Shown piece by piece: positions 9,030 through 18,018 of a stretch of DNA of 64,000 nt; the stretch's first letter is position 1; each line of letters begins with the position of its first letter. The translations under genes were made by a program, and so were the position numbers. The notes beneath the pieces are model-generated. The model ran no database searches and was not told the origin of the DNA. It saw only the letters and a list, made by a program, of their open reading frames with translations. The stretch covers positions 458,853 to 522,852 of the forward strand of contig CAWINB010000004.1 of assembly GCA_963837465.1 (NCBI GenBank), given 5' to 3'. The DNA is from Candidatus Doudnabacteria bacterium (GTDB lineage Bacteria > Patescibacteriota > Doudnabacteria > UBA920).

Positions 9030-9947
9030 ATGCTAAGAGAACGAATTATTTCCGCCCTAAGTTTTTTTGATTTGCAGGATTATCCTTTAACTCTGCTGGA
9101 GTTGCGGGAATTTTTATTGGCCGATTTGCAAAATCTAAGTCTTGATGAACAGGGTGAAATAAATAATGAAGTTTCCGGCCCGGCGGCCAAGGTGGTATCG
9201 GCTGATGAAATTTTGCATTGCTTGGAAAGCGATTGCGCCTCCCAGGTTGGGAATTATTTGGGCTTTTACCATCTGGTCGGCAGAAAACACATTGCCGAAA
9301 ACCGTTTGCAAAATTATTTTTTCGGCATTGGCCGCGAAAAACTGATTAGAAAATATATCGGCGGTTTAAGGTATCTGCCTTTTGTGCGGGGCGTGGCTTT
9401 GGCCGGAAGCCAGGCCATGGGCCAGCAAAAAGCCAATTCCGATATTGATTTGTTGATTATTACCGACCCCAAATTTATGTGGCTGGCCCGCACCGCGGTG
9501 ACCGGTTATTTCCAGGTTTTTGGCCAAAGACGCCACGGGCAAAATATCGCCAACCGTTTTTGCCTGAACCATTATCTGGCCGGCCCTAAACCAATCCGCC
9601 AGTTAAAGAACCTTTATACAGCCGTGGAGTATTTAAAGCTGCGGCCGCTGGTTTACGGCCGGGTCGTCCGGGAATTTCAGGATAACAACCATTGGATAAA
9701 GTCGTTTTTGCCCAACGGTGGCTTCCTCTACGCGGAAGCGGACCGCCAGACCGCGGTCCAAAAAAAGCTGGAGGAATTTTTCGGCGGCAAATTCGGCCCG
9801 TGGCTGGAACAAAAATTAAAAAACTGGCAGCTGCCAAAAATCCGCCGGGAAAAATTTATCGTGGTTGAGGAAGACGAGCTGTCGTTCCATCCTTCCAGCA
9901 AGCAGCAGTCTTTATTGTCAGACTTTCTCAAATTCCAGCAGCAATAA
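9030..9947 (+). CDS. Pol-beta superfamily nucleotidyltransferase-domain protein
   Basis: LAGSQAMG....SDIDLLII motif. Confidence 0.75.
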   Translation: MLRERIISALSFFDLQDYPLTLLELREFLLADLQNLSLDEQGEINNEVSGPAAKVVSADEILHCLESDCASQVGNYLGFYHLVGRKHIAENRLQNYFFGIGREKLIRKYIGGLRYLPFVRGVALAGSQAMGQQKANSDIDLLIITDPKFMWLARTAVTGYFQVFGQRRHGQNIANRFCLNHYLAGPKPIRQLKNLYTAVEYLKLRPLVYGRVVREFQDNNHWIKSFLPNGGFLYAEADRQTAVQKKLEEFFGGKFGPWLEQKLKNWQLPKIRREKFIVVEEDELSFHPSSKQQSLLSDFLKFQQQ

Positions 9948-10655
9948 AAGAGGGTAGCGGTAAAGCTGGTAAGCAAGATCGAACTTTTTGCTGTCTTTCG
10001 TTGTCCGCAACTGCTTTACGGCGGTCATGCTGAGTTTGGCACCGCCGCCGGCGCTTTGGTAGTCTTTAAGGTTGTAATAAAAAGATTTAATTTTTGAGCC
10101 CTTGTTAAATTCCCTGCAAATTTCCGCGCCGGAAACGGGCGGGGTTTTTAATCTCAGCCCGGGTTTTTTAAACAGCAGAATATCCAGCCAGGTTCGTTTC
10201 CATTCCGCGGCCGGGTAAGTATAGGCCGGGTTGGGAATAGTCGCCAGTAATTTACCGCCCGGTTTTAACACCGCGGCCAGGTTTTTAAAAGCCGCGGCCA
10301 GGTTTTTTAAATCCGGCGCGGCCATGTTTAAAATAACGGCGTCAAAAAAATTTTGTCCGTACGGCAACGTCTTATCCAGGGTCGCGGTTTTAAAATCAAC
10401 GTTACCGTAATGCGCGCGCCCGAACTGGATAAAAAAATCCGAAGAGTCGCAGGCATCAATTTTATTGAAATGCATTTTCAGCTCCCCGGCCAGCCAGCCC
10501 GTGCCGCAGGCCGCGTCCAGCAGCGCCGTATCCCTGTTTTTTGGCAATGTGTCCAGGACAGCGCCGGCCAAAATTTTTTGCTGGATTTGTCCGTTTTCGG
10601 AATTCAAAAAACCCAGATATTTAAGGGCGATATTGGAATCTTGATAAGAATTCAT
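9918..10655 (-). CDS. Class I SAM-dependent methyltransferase
   Basis: LLDAACGTG, FDAVI, VLKPGG. Confidence 0.88.
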   Translation of the reverse strand: MNSYQDSNIALKYLGFLNSENGQIQQKILAGAVLDTLPKNRDTALLDAACGTGWLAGELKMHFNKIDACDSSDFFIQFGRAHYGNVDFKTATLDKTLPYGQNFFDAVILNMAAPDLKNLAAAFKNLAAVLKPGGKLLATIPNPAYTYPAAEWKRTWLDILLFKKPGLRLKTPPVSGAEICREFNKGSKIKSFYYNLKDYQSAGGGAKLSMTAVKQLRTTKDSKKFDLAYQLYRYPLLLLLEFEKV

Positions 10656-10695
10656 CGTATTGTTATTATATCATAATGTTCTTGTGTAAAACTGT

Positions 10696-10735
10696 TTATC
10701 ACTCCGCTTGACAGAGTGATAAAAACTGTTAGAAT
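10696..10735 (+). promoter_or_regulatory. CIRCE-like operator overlapping sigma70 promoter of groESL
   Basis: TTATCACTC-N9-GAGTGATAA (10696-10722); TTGACA 10708-10713, TAGAAT 10730-10735. Confidence 0.82.
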
Positions 10736-10772
10736 CAAATTAGAATAAATAATTAAGCAAAGGAGTTTGGAT

Positions 10773-11078
10773 ATGAAAGTAAAACCTTTAGGCAACCGGG
10801 TGCTGGTAAAACAGCTCTCCAGCGAGGAAGTTACCAAGAGCGGAATTGTTTTGCCGGACACGGCCGATAAAGAAAAAAAGGCCCAGGGAAAAATTGTGGA
10901 ATTGGGCAACGGCGAAGAAGTTAAAACGCTCGGATTAAAAGTCGGCGATACCGTGGTCTTTGGCAAGTACGCCGGCGAAGAAGTGGAAATGGAAGAAGAC
11001 GGCAAAAAGATTGAGTACAAAATTTTATACGTCGGGAAAGAAAAGGACGATTCCGATGTGTTGGCGATTATTGAATAA
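10773..11078 (+). CDS. groES: Co-chaperonin GroES
   Basis: KPLGNRVLVK, TKSGIVLPDTA, LKVGDTVVFGKYAG; AGGAG upstream of ATG 10773. Confidence 0.96.
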   Translation: MKVKPLGNRVLVKQLSSEEVTKSGIVLPDTADKEKKAQGKIVELGNGEEVKTLGLKVGDTVVFGKYAGEEVEMEEDGKKIEYKILYVGKEKDDSDVLAIIE

Positions 11079-11081
11079 ATA

Positions 11082-11205
11082 TGAAATTCGAATACCGAAA
11101 TCCGAAATAAATTCCAAATCAGAAAATCTAAAATCTTAAACCGTCGGAGTTTAAAATTTAGGATTTAATTATTGTTTTGAATTTAGGATTTCGCGCTTCG
11201 AATTT
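11082..11205. repeat. Degenerate heptamer repeats (CGAAATC-like) with inverted arm
   Basis: GAAATTCGAATACCGAAATCCGAAAT...GATTTCGCGCTTCGAATTT between groES and groEL. Confidence 0.75.
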
Positions 11206-11218
11206 TTGAAAGGAATAT

Positions 11219-12883
11219 ATGGCAAAAGATATTAAATTTGGTTATCAGGCAAAAATGGCTATTAAGGCCGGCGTGGACAAAGCCGCCAATGTGGTTAAAT
11301 TGACTTTGGGCCCCACAGGCAAAACCGTAATTTTGGACAAAGGTTTTGGCAGCCCCACAATTACAGATGACGGCGTTACCGTGGCCAAGGACATTGAGCT
11401 GGAAGATAAATTTGAAAACGTGGGCGCTTCCTTAATCCAGGAAGTGGCCAATAAGACAAACGAACAGGCCGGCGACGGTACCACAACCGCCACTGTTTTG
11501 GCTCAAAAAATGATAGAAGAAGGCATTGGAGCCGTGGCTTTGAATTCTTCCCGCGCCGGGGACATTAAAAAAGGCATGGATAAAGCCGTGGCTTTTGTGG
11601 TCAGCGAGCTTAAAAAAGTTAAGAAGGACGTAAAAAACAAGGAAGAAATCCAGCAAGTCGCCACCATCGCCTCTTTGGATGCCGAAGTCGGAAAACTGAT
11701 TGCCGAAGCCATGGAAGAAGTCGGCCACGACGGCGTTATTACGGTGGAAGAAGGCCAGACTATCGGCATTGAAAAGGAAGTCGTTAAAGGCATGCGTTTT
11801 GACAAGGGCTTTGTAAACCCGTATATGGTTACCAACGCCGAAAGAATGGAAGCGGTGTGGGAAGACTCCTATATTTTAATTACCGATAAAAAAGTTTCAT
11901 CCGTCCAGGATATTTTGCCGGTTTTGGAAAAAGTCGCGCAAAGCGGCAAAAAAGATTTGGTGATAATTGCCGATGAAATAGAAGGCGAAGCGTTAACCAC
12001 TTTTGTGCTTAACAAACTGCGCGGCACATTCAATGTTCTGGCCGTAAAGGCTCCGGGTTTTGGCGACCGCAGAAAAGAAATGCTCCAGGATATAGCCGTG
12101 CTTACCGGCGGTAACGTTGTTACCGAAGATATGGGCTTAAAGCTGGACAAAACCGAGCTGACGGATTTGGGCAAAGCGCGCAAAGTTATTGCCACAAAAG
12201 AATACACCACCATAGTAGACGGGCACGGCGACAAAAAGAAAATAGAAGACCGCGTCAGCCAAATTAAGATGGAGCACAAAAATTCCACTTCCGATTACGA
12301 CAAGGAAAAACTCCAGGAACGCATGGCCCGTTTGGCCGGCGGCGTGGGCGTGATTAAAGTTGGCGCGTTTACCGAAACGGAAATGAAAGCCAAGAAATTT
12401 AAAATCGAAGACGCGCTTAACGCCACTCGCGCGGCCGTGGAAGAGGGTATTGTGGCCGGCGGCGGCGCTGCTTTGGCCAAAATCGCCCCCAAGCTGGATT
12501 CCTTTGGCGAAGACTTAAGCGATGCCGAACGCGCGGGCGTAAGGGTAGTGCGCCAGTCCCTGGAAGCGCCGCTTAGGCAGATAGCGGTAAACTCCGGCGT
12601 GGAAGTAACCGGCATTTTGCATAAAATCCAAAGCGACAGCAACCCCAACCTTGGTTTTGACTTTGCCAATTTTACGGAAAAGAACTGGCAAAAGGGCATG
12701 ATGGATATGATGCAGGCCGGTATTGTAGATCCTTTAAAAGTTACCCGCCTGGCTCTTGAGCACGCGGTTTCCATAGCCTCTACCTTAGTCACCTCCGAAG
12801 CCATAGTTGTGGACAAACCCGAACCTAAAACCCCCTCCGCCCCAGGCGGCATGGGCGGCGGCATGGGTGGAATGGATTACTAG
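11219..12883 (+). CDS. groEL: Chaperonin GroEL
   Basis: [21 protein letters not shown] tail. Confidence 0.98.
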   Translation: MAKDIKFGYQAKMAIKAGVDKAANVVKLTLGPTGKTVILDKGFGSPTITDDGVTVAKDIELEDKFENVGASLIQEVANKTNEQAGDGTTTATVLAQKMIEEGIGAVALNSSRAGDIKKGMDKAVAFVVSELKKVKKDVKNKEEIQQVATIASLDAEVGKLIAEAMEEVGHDGVITVEEGQTIGIEKEVVKGMRFDKGFVNPYMVTNAERMEAVWEDSYILITDKKVSSVQDILPVLEKVAQSGKKDLVIIADEIEGEALTTFVLNKLRGTFNVLAVKAPGFGDRRKEMLQDIAVLTGGNVVTEDMGLKLDKTELTDLGKARKVIATKEYTTIVDGHGDKKKIEDRVSQIKMEHKNSTSDYDKEKLQERMARLAGGVGVIKVGAFTETEMKAKKFKIEDALNATRAAVEEGIVAGGGAALAKIAPKLDSFGEDLSDAERAGVRVVRQSLEAPLRQIAVNSGVEVTGILHKIQSDSNPNLGFDFANFTEKNWQKGMMDMMQAGIVDPLKVTRLALEHAVSIASTLVTSEAIVVDKPEPKTPSAPGGMGGGMGGMDY

Positions 12884-12933
12884 ACTAGGGGATAGAGAAT
12901 AGAGAATAGGGGTTAGGGGTTAGGGATTAGTAT

Positions 12934-12969
12934 GAAAAAGCCCGGGGCTGTTAGAGCTTCGGGCTTTTT
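12934..12969 (+). terminator. Intrinsic terminator of groESL
   Basis: AAAAGCCCGGGGCT...AGCTTCGGGCTTTTT. Confidence 0.8.
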
Positions 12970-13066
12970 GGAATAAATTTTTATTTTTCACGCAATTATG
13001 AAGCATAGGTTGTGTTTTTTTATTTTAAATTTAAAATATAACCATCCCGTCCAAGGAGGAATAGGG

Positions 13067-13402
13067 ATGGATGAGAAGATAAAAGAATTTATAAAGCTTC
13101 TCTTTAATCACGCGCGAGCGGTCGGCTACAGTCATCCTGCAGTCGACATTCTGGACAAGCCCTTGTACCGGCTCGGTATCCAGTGCTTGGCTTTTCGCCT
13201 GCGCATGATGTCAGGTCTCTTTAGTGAGGGATTTGTCGCCTTTATCATTGAAGAGCTTGAAGTAGCTTATCCCGGATTAGATTTTTACAATACCAGGAAG
13301 CTATTTACTCTCAACGCACCTCCCCCAAATTATCCAAAAAATCCTCCCCCGGATTTTTTACGTCATCATAAAGATTTTACTCACCCGCGGCTTTTCGCTT
13401 AG
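13067..13402 (+). CDS. Hypothetical protein
   Basis: AAGGAGG Shine-Dalgarno before ATG 13067; 111 aa. Confidence 0.6.
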   Translation: MDEKIKEFIKLLFNHARAVGYSHPAVDILDKPLYRLGIQCLAFRLRMMSGLFSEGFVAFIIEELEVAYPGLDFYNTRKLFTLNAPPPNYPKNPPPDFLRHHKDFTHPRLFA

Positions 13403-13456
13403 CGGGTTTTGGTTTTATATAAGCCAAAATTTAACTTTAGAATCTAAAACCCTTGA

Positions 13457-13552
13457 CCCCGTTAGAAGTTAGTAATATCATCAAATTTATATTATATATA
13501 AAGGCTAAATTTATATTTTAATCTTAAATAAGGCATTAAGCTTCTAACGGGG
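13457..13552. mobile_element. 96-bp MITE, TIR CCCCGTTAGAAG, flanked by TTGA duplication
   Basis: 12-bp perfect TIRs at 13457-13468 and 13541-13552; TTGA on both sides. Confidence 0.85.
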
Positions 13553-13581
13553 TTGACAAAACAGCTAAAGTGGCGTATAGT
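13553..13581 (+). promoter_or_regulatory. Sigma70 promoter
   Basis: TTGACA-17-TATAGT. Confidence 0.8.
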
Positions 13582-13587
13582 AAGTGG

Positions 13588-14100
13588 TTATTGTCGTAAT
13601 GGCAGTACGTTTTAAAAACTCAATACTTTGTATCAATATATTTTTACAGGAGAATATACGGATACTCCCCGCGCCAATCTTCACCAAGTTAATTTAGAAT
13701 AAAATTTTCCACATTACAGATTCAGAGAATTATTTATCCGGAAAAATTTTGATGGAGATTGACGCGGGGAAACTTATGCTCCTAATCGCGGGTTAAACCC
13801 TATTGGGGGCGCTAAAAAGCCGTATATTGCATACTAGAACGTTTTTACTAAGGTTCTCCTGTATTGAATATGCGGTTTTTATATATCGAATATACGAATG
13901 GGGCGAATCAACGAATGCCTACGAATTTACGAATACTGTGTTCATTTGTAATTATTCGTATATTCGTTTCAATTCGTAAATTCGATCTACTTGTTTACGC
14001 GATCGTGGGCCTTTGGAGGGCAAATTATATTTTCCCGCCGAGCGGGATTGGCCTGTTTCTCAAAGACTCACTATTGCTTAAATAATTCAACAAAGTATAA
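13588..14100 (+). ncRNA. Candidate large structured non-coding RNA, family not recognised
   Basis: Promoter and terminator bracket a region with nested long-range helices and no credible ORF. Confidence 0.6.
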
Positions 14101-14103
14101 TAT

Positions 14104-14128
14104 AAGAGGGCGAAAACCCTCTTTTTTT
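14104..14128 (+). terminator. Intrinsic terminator
   Basis: AAGAGGG-cgaaaa-CCCTCTT followed by T run. Confidence 0.85.
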
Positions 14129-14254
14129 GTGGCCCAAAAAAGAATCTAAAAACATCCCTTTCGGAACTTTCGCCGTTATACTATAATTAGCGACAAGTAG
14201 AGGCAAAAGTTCTGGAAGGGAGCATGCAACCTGACCAGAAATAAGGAGGTCCCC

Positions 14255-14443
14255 ATGATAAGGATCATAATCCGGCTCCATGAGCCGGATCTCTCCTTAA
14301 ACCATACGGCCAGTAGGTTTAAGGCGTGGCTGGAGAAAGACCAGCCGATCCTAAATACACTGGGAGAAGTCTTTGTGTACGCGATTACGTTTGTTTTGGT
14401 CGCCGCCATAGGCTACTTCGCAGCAGCCGGATTTTTCCATTAA
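14255..14443 (+). CDS. Small membrane protein
   Basis: AAGGAGGT SD; C-terminal hydrophobic helix; 62 aa. Confidence 0.55.
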   Translation: MIRIIIRLHEPDLSLNHTASRFKAWLEKDQPILNTLGEVFVYAITFVLVAAIGYFAAAGFFH

Positions 14444-14544
14444 ATTCGGCAAAACAATGGGGTGGTTTTGCTCCGTCCACCCCTCCTTACTTTTCCCCCC
14501 CAAATTTGTAAATCATAAAAATGGTTTATAGGTTTGGAGGTAAA

Positions 14545-14730
14545 ATGCAGGCATTATATATCGTTGGTTTTTTTGCAGCCCTGTTCGGGGCTGCGCGTTT
14601 GGCCTATGTCTGCCATGGCGAGACGTTTTGGCCAGAGTGGATCCTGCTAAGGATCCACAGGATCCGTGAATTGAGGAATTCCTTGAGCCGCTTAATAAGC
14701 GGCAAATGGATTCTCCCCGGAGGAGGATGA
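14545..14730 (+). CDS. Small membrane protein
   Basis: GGAGGT SD before ATG 14545; N-terminal hydrophobic helix. Confidence 0.55.
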   Translation: MQALYIVGFFAALFGAARLAYVCHGETFWPEWILLRIHRIRELRNSLSRLISGKWILPGGG

Positions 14731-14865
14731 TTGGATAGAATTTTTCGCCCGAATATTTTGTTTGTTTGGGCGGTCGTAGCAGCCGTTGGTTTATTTTTCC
14801 TTGCCATCCTCATATCTGCCATTCGGGATTTCTGGGCGACGGCAAAGAAAAACGGCAAGGGGTGA
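14731..14865 (+). CDS. 44-aa membrane peptide (not in ORF track)
   Basis: GGAGGAGG SD, TTG start directly after upstream stop; MDRIFRPNILFVWAVVAAVGLFFLAILISAIRDFWATAKKNGKG. Confidence 0.5.
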   Translation: MDRIFRPNILFVWAVVAAVGLFFLAILISAIRDFWATAKKNGKG

Positions 14866-15046
14866 CAAGCGGGCCGTTGTGCCGTCTGCTGTCACCTCCG
14901 CTTTCCTTGAACATCGTATATTATTTCTTCCAATCCGTTGGTGATGTGCTAGCTTGGATTTTTATCGCGAGATAAAAGTTTAGGCCGGTATCCTGTCATC
15001 GCCCGCGGATTGGAGGCCGGAATGTTAAGTTTTATTTTCGAGACAA

Positions 15047-15075
15047 TTGACGAAAACCCCCGCTTTGATTATACT
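15047..15075 (+). promoter_or_regulatory. Sigma70 promoter of rpmF-nusB
   Basis: TTGACG-17-TATACT. Confidence 0.7.
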
Positions 15076-15119
15076 TATGGCACTTTACAACTTTTTACTT
15101 TTAACTTTCAACTAATTTT

Positions 15120-15290
15120 ATGGGTGTTCCAAAAAAGCATAAGACCCGGAGTGGCCGGAATCAACGCAGGAGTCATCACGCTTTAAAAAAGGTTTCTTTC
15201 GCGGTATGCAAAAATTGCGGCCAGCCGGTTATGCCGCATTTGCCGTGCAAGAATTGCGGATTTTACAAGGGCAGAAAAATTACGAAGTAA
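15120..15290 (+). CDS. rpmF: 50S ribosomal protein L32, Zn-binding form (not in ORF track)
   Basis: MGVPKKHKTRSGRNQRRSHHALK...CKNCG...PHLPCKNCGFYKGR, 56 aa. Confidence 0.95.
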   Translation: MGVPKKHKTRSGRNQRRSHHALKKVSFAVCKNCGQPVMPHLPCKNCGFYKGRKITK

Positions 15291-15300
15291 CAGCGCAAGC

Positions 15301-15376
15301 GGTTAGGGGTTAGCGTTTAGTAACCCAAAGCCCATCGTGGTTCCCTATACCCTAAACGCTATACCCTAAACGCTAC
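15301..15376. repeat. Heptamer repeats with inverted arm (GGTTAGG/GCGTTTAG vs CCCTATA/CTAAACG)
   Basis: Read directly between rpmF and nusB. Confidence 0.75.
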
Positions 15377-15380
15377 TCCA

Positions 15381-15806
15381 ATGGCCAACAGACATCTCTC
15401 CCGCACCATTGCCATGCAGGCTTTGTTTGAGTGGGATTTCAACCAGCGGACCGAAGATTTAAAACAAATCATTACCCGCCAGGCCGACGAATCCGTCGGC
15501 CACAGCGAAGACGGGGGATTTGTTTTTGAATTGGCCGAAGGCGTAGCCAAAAATATTACAGCCATAGATGAAATTATTACCAAGCACGCTCCCGAATGGC
15601 CAATGGAGCAAATTCCGCCGGTGGACCGCAATGTTTTGCGCCTTGGCGTTTACGAGCTTATGTTTTTAAAGCAGGTGCCGCCAAAAGTGGCTATTAACGA
15701 AGCCGTGGAGCTGGGCAAGAGTTTTGGGGGTGAATCCAGCGGCAAATTTGTAAACGGGGTTTTGGGAACCCTTTATAAAGAACTGGATTTAAAACAGGAA
15801 AAGTAG
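15381..15806 (+). CDS. nusB: Transcription antitermination factor NusB
   Basis: [45 protein letters not shown]. Confidence 0.96.
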   Translation: MANRHLSRTIAMQALFEWDFNQRTEDLKQIITRQADESVGHSEDGGFVFELAEGVAKNITAIDEIITKHAPEWPMEQIPPVDRNVLRLGVYELMFLKQVPPKVAINEAVELGKSFGGESSGKFVNGVLGTLYKELDLKQEK

Positions 15807-16122
15807 TTTAGGCCATTTTTATTGTGGTTAATTATCTTGATTTCAGCTTACTCTAAGCTGAATTTTTTATTAAAATATAAAAATTAGACCATTTCCCGAT
15901 AAACTTGGCTTTTAAATATGGCTTATTAATAAGGATTATCTGAATATCTAAAAATAAAGGCCAATTTTATAAAATAAATCTAAAAAAAACTAGAAATTTT
16001 AATAAAAAAGGCTTATAATAAATGTATAGCCTAAAAATTCCTGCTTAGTGAAACCATTTTGAAAATATAGACGTATAAATATAAGCACGAACATTAATAT
16101 AAATTTACGAAAGGAAAAAAAT

Positions 16123-16407
16123 ATGAATAAACTCCAGCTAACCGAACTATTAGCCGCTAAATTGGGCATTACCCATACCGAATGCGAAAGGTTTTTAAAC
16201 ACTTTTATCGGCATGGTTTACGAGCAGCTGCGCGGCGGCAATAAAGTTAATATTTCCGGCTTCGGACAGTTTAGCGTCAGTCACCGCGCTCCGCGCATTG
16301 GCGTTAACCCGAGAAATCCTTCCCAGCGCATTACCATACCCGAACTTAACACTCCCAAGTTCAAAGCCGGCGAAGCCTTTAAGGAAGCGGTAAAATTAAG
16401 GCCGTAG
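16123..16407 (+). CDS. hup: HU family DNA-binding protein
   Basis: MNK.QL...LA, ISGFGQF, R.GVNPR...I.IP...PKFKAG. Confidence 0.93.
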   Translation: MNKLQLTELLAAKLGITHTECERFLNTFIGMVYEQLRGGNKVNISGFGQFSVSHRAPRIGVNPRNPSQRITIPELNTPKFKAGEAFKEAVKLRP

Positions 16408-16444
16408 TTCACGTATTACGCGGATAAAACATATAACACGGATA

Positions 16445-16477
16445 CAAAAAAACCTCTTTTCAAAAAGAGGTTTTTTT
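16445..16477 (+). terminator. Intrinsic terminator
   Basis: AAAAAAACCTCTTTT-c-AAAAAGAGGTTTTTTT. Confidence 0.75.
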
Positions 16478-16516
16478 GATAGAATTGGTAAAGAATTTAT
16501 AAAGCTAATTTAGCAT

Positions 16517-16591
16517 GCGGGTATCGTATAACGGTTATTATCTCAGTTTTCCAAACTGATGATGCGGGTTCGACTCCCACTACCCGCTCCA
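16517..16591 (+). tRNA. tRNA-Gly(TCC)
   Basis: GCGGGTA/TACCCGC acceptor stem, anticodon arm TCAGT-TT-TCC-AA-ACTGA, GTTCGACTC, encoded CCA. Confidence 0.95.
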
Positions 16592-17056
16592 AGAGAATTA
16601 GAAAAAGTTGTACCAACTTTACAGGTAAAGTTTCCAGAATTTAGTAAAACCAATATAGAATTTACTGCGGTAAACTACAGAAGCAATCCCGGAGAAATCT
16701 TGGAAAAAGCTCGTAAAATTATCGGGCAATTAAAAGTGGAGTTTTCGGAATTTACCGAGAAAGATATCGAATATATTGTTATTGCCTACAAAGATAAAGC
16801 CGAGGGAAGACTGAAATCATTTCGTGAAAAAATACCCGATTTGCAAGCTAGTTTTCCTGATTTTGAAATTTGGATAATAAGATCCGTATTAGTTAATCAC
16901 CCGAATACCTATAAATTGTATTTGAAAAACCTAAAAATTAGAGTTGATGCCCTAAAAGCAAAGTACCCCTCTTTGGATTATAAAAATATTGCCGGTATTT
17001 GTGTTTTTAATAATCAAAAAGCGGAGCAAATATTAAAGGAAAGGTTTAAAGTTTAA
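16592..17056 (+). pseudogene. Probable 5'-truncated gene fragment
   Basis: Long open frame whose only ATG starts lie inside the tRNA. Confidence 0.5.
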
Positions 17057-17067
17057 TTTTATAATTT

Positions 17068-17859
17068 ATGAAAAAATTATTATTTGTGTTTCCAATTGTT
17101 GCTCTCTTAGCCACAGGATGCAATGTCAGCAAATCATCGCCCACCAACCCAGTGTCCACAAATTCCACAACCAGCACAATAGCTGTTGGCCAGCCTTGTG
17201 ATTTCCATAGTATTCAGTCTTATGGAGCTGGCGGCTCCATTACCAATACCCATGGCCTACAATGTTATTTGTACGGCCCTGGAGGGGCAACCCGAAACGG
17301 TATATGGATAATGCCAAACAATGTTCCTGGATTAAGCTTCGCTGGTTACAATAGTGACCCAGCACTACCAGATATTTATGGAAATGCCCTAGCTGCAATC
17401 ACCCGTACTTGGCAATCTTATAGCAGCCCGGATAAATCAGTAAGCTTTAAATACTCCTCCCAATATTGGTATTTAGATGACAGCCAGTGGAGTTCAAGTC
17501 ATTCAATTAATTTGCAGGAACACGATTCAGGGCCTGTGGTTAATATTCAGTATTATCCTAATACAAATTTTCAGGATAGTATGGAAGGGCAAATAACCAG
17601 TAGCGACAGATTTCCAGGAGGCACCGATTCTTTAAATAATAATTTAGAAGTATTGGCGGACTTTCAGTTAAATGGCAAACAGGCCTACGCAATAATAAAA
17701 TTACCGCAAGTGAATTTAGCCGAAGGCGAGACCCCGGACCAAGTAACTGTTTACATTGTTGGCAAGAATGATTACCTAACCGTTACTTATTCAAGATACC
17801 GAGAAACCAACCAAGACCTGCCAACAGAAGCTTTAATTAGCTCCATCCAAATAAAGTAA
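17068..17859 (+). CDS. Putative lipoprotein/secreted protein
   Basis: MKK-hydrophobic-LATGC lipobox-like signal; S/T-rich linker. Confidence 0.75.
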   Translation: MKKLLFVFPIVALLATGCNVSKSSPTNPVSTNSTTSTIAVGQPCDFHSIQSYGAGGSITNTHGLQCYLYGPGGATRNGIWIMPNNVPGLSFAGYNSDPALPDIYGNALAAITRTWQSYSSPDKSVSFKYSSQYWYLDDSQWSSSHSINLQEHDSGPVVNIQYYPNTNFQDSMEGQITSSDRFPGGTDSLNNNLEVLADFQLNGKQAYAIIKLPQVNLAEGETPDQVTVYIVGKNDYLTVTYSRYRETNQDLPTEALISSIQIK

Positions 17860-17898
17860 TTAGGCCCGCATTTTAACTATTTCCGTTCGAACTTCGTT

Positions 17899-17913
17899 CC
17901 ACTACCCGCTCCA
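17899..17913 (+). repeat. Duplicate of tRNA-Gly 3' end (att-like)
   Basis: CCACTACCCGCTCCA identical to 16577-16591. Confidence 0.85.
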
Positions 17914-18018
17914 GACAAATTTACCCATTGTTATGGATATTTTTGGCATTCGGGTACAAAAGTTAGAACCAAGTGTGGTATAATACATTTAAAGTAAAAT
18001 TATCTTCAAGAAACAAAA

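Noticed and set aside
13864-14085. 73-aa ORF
   Set aside because: TTG start, translation of the CGAAT/ATTCG repeat hairpin, no SD.
13588-14100. Group I intron, RNase P RNA or tmRNA
   Set aside because: TCTCAAAGACT resembles a group I R element but no S/P7 partner or host exons were found; RNase P and tmRNA signatures are absent.
16559-16591. Track start of the 165-aa ORF
   Set aside because: Lies inside tRNA-Gly.
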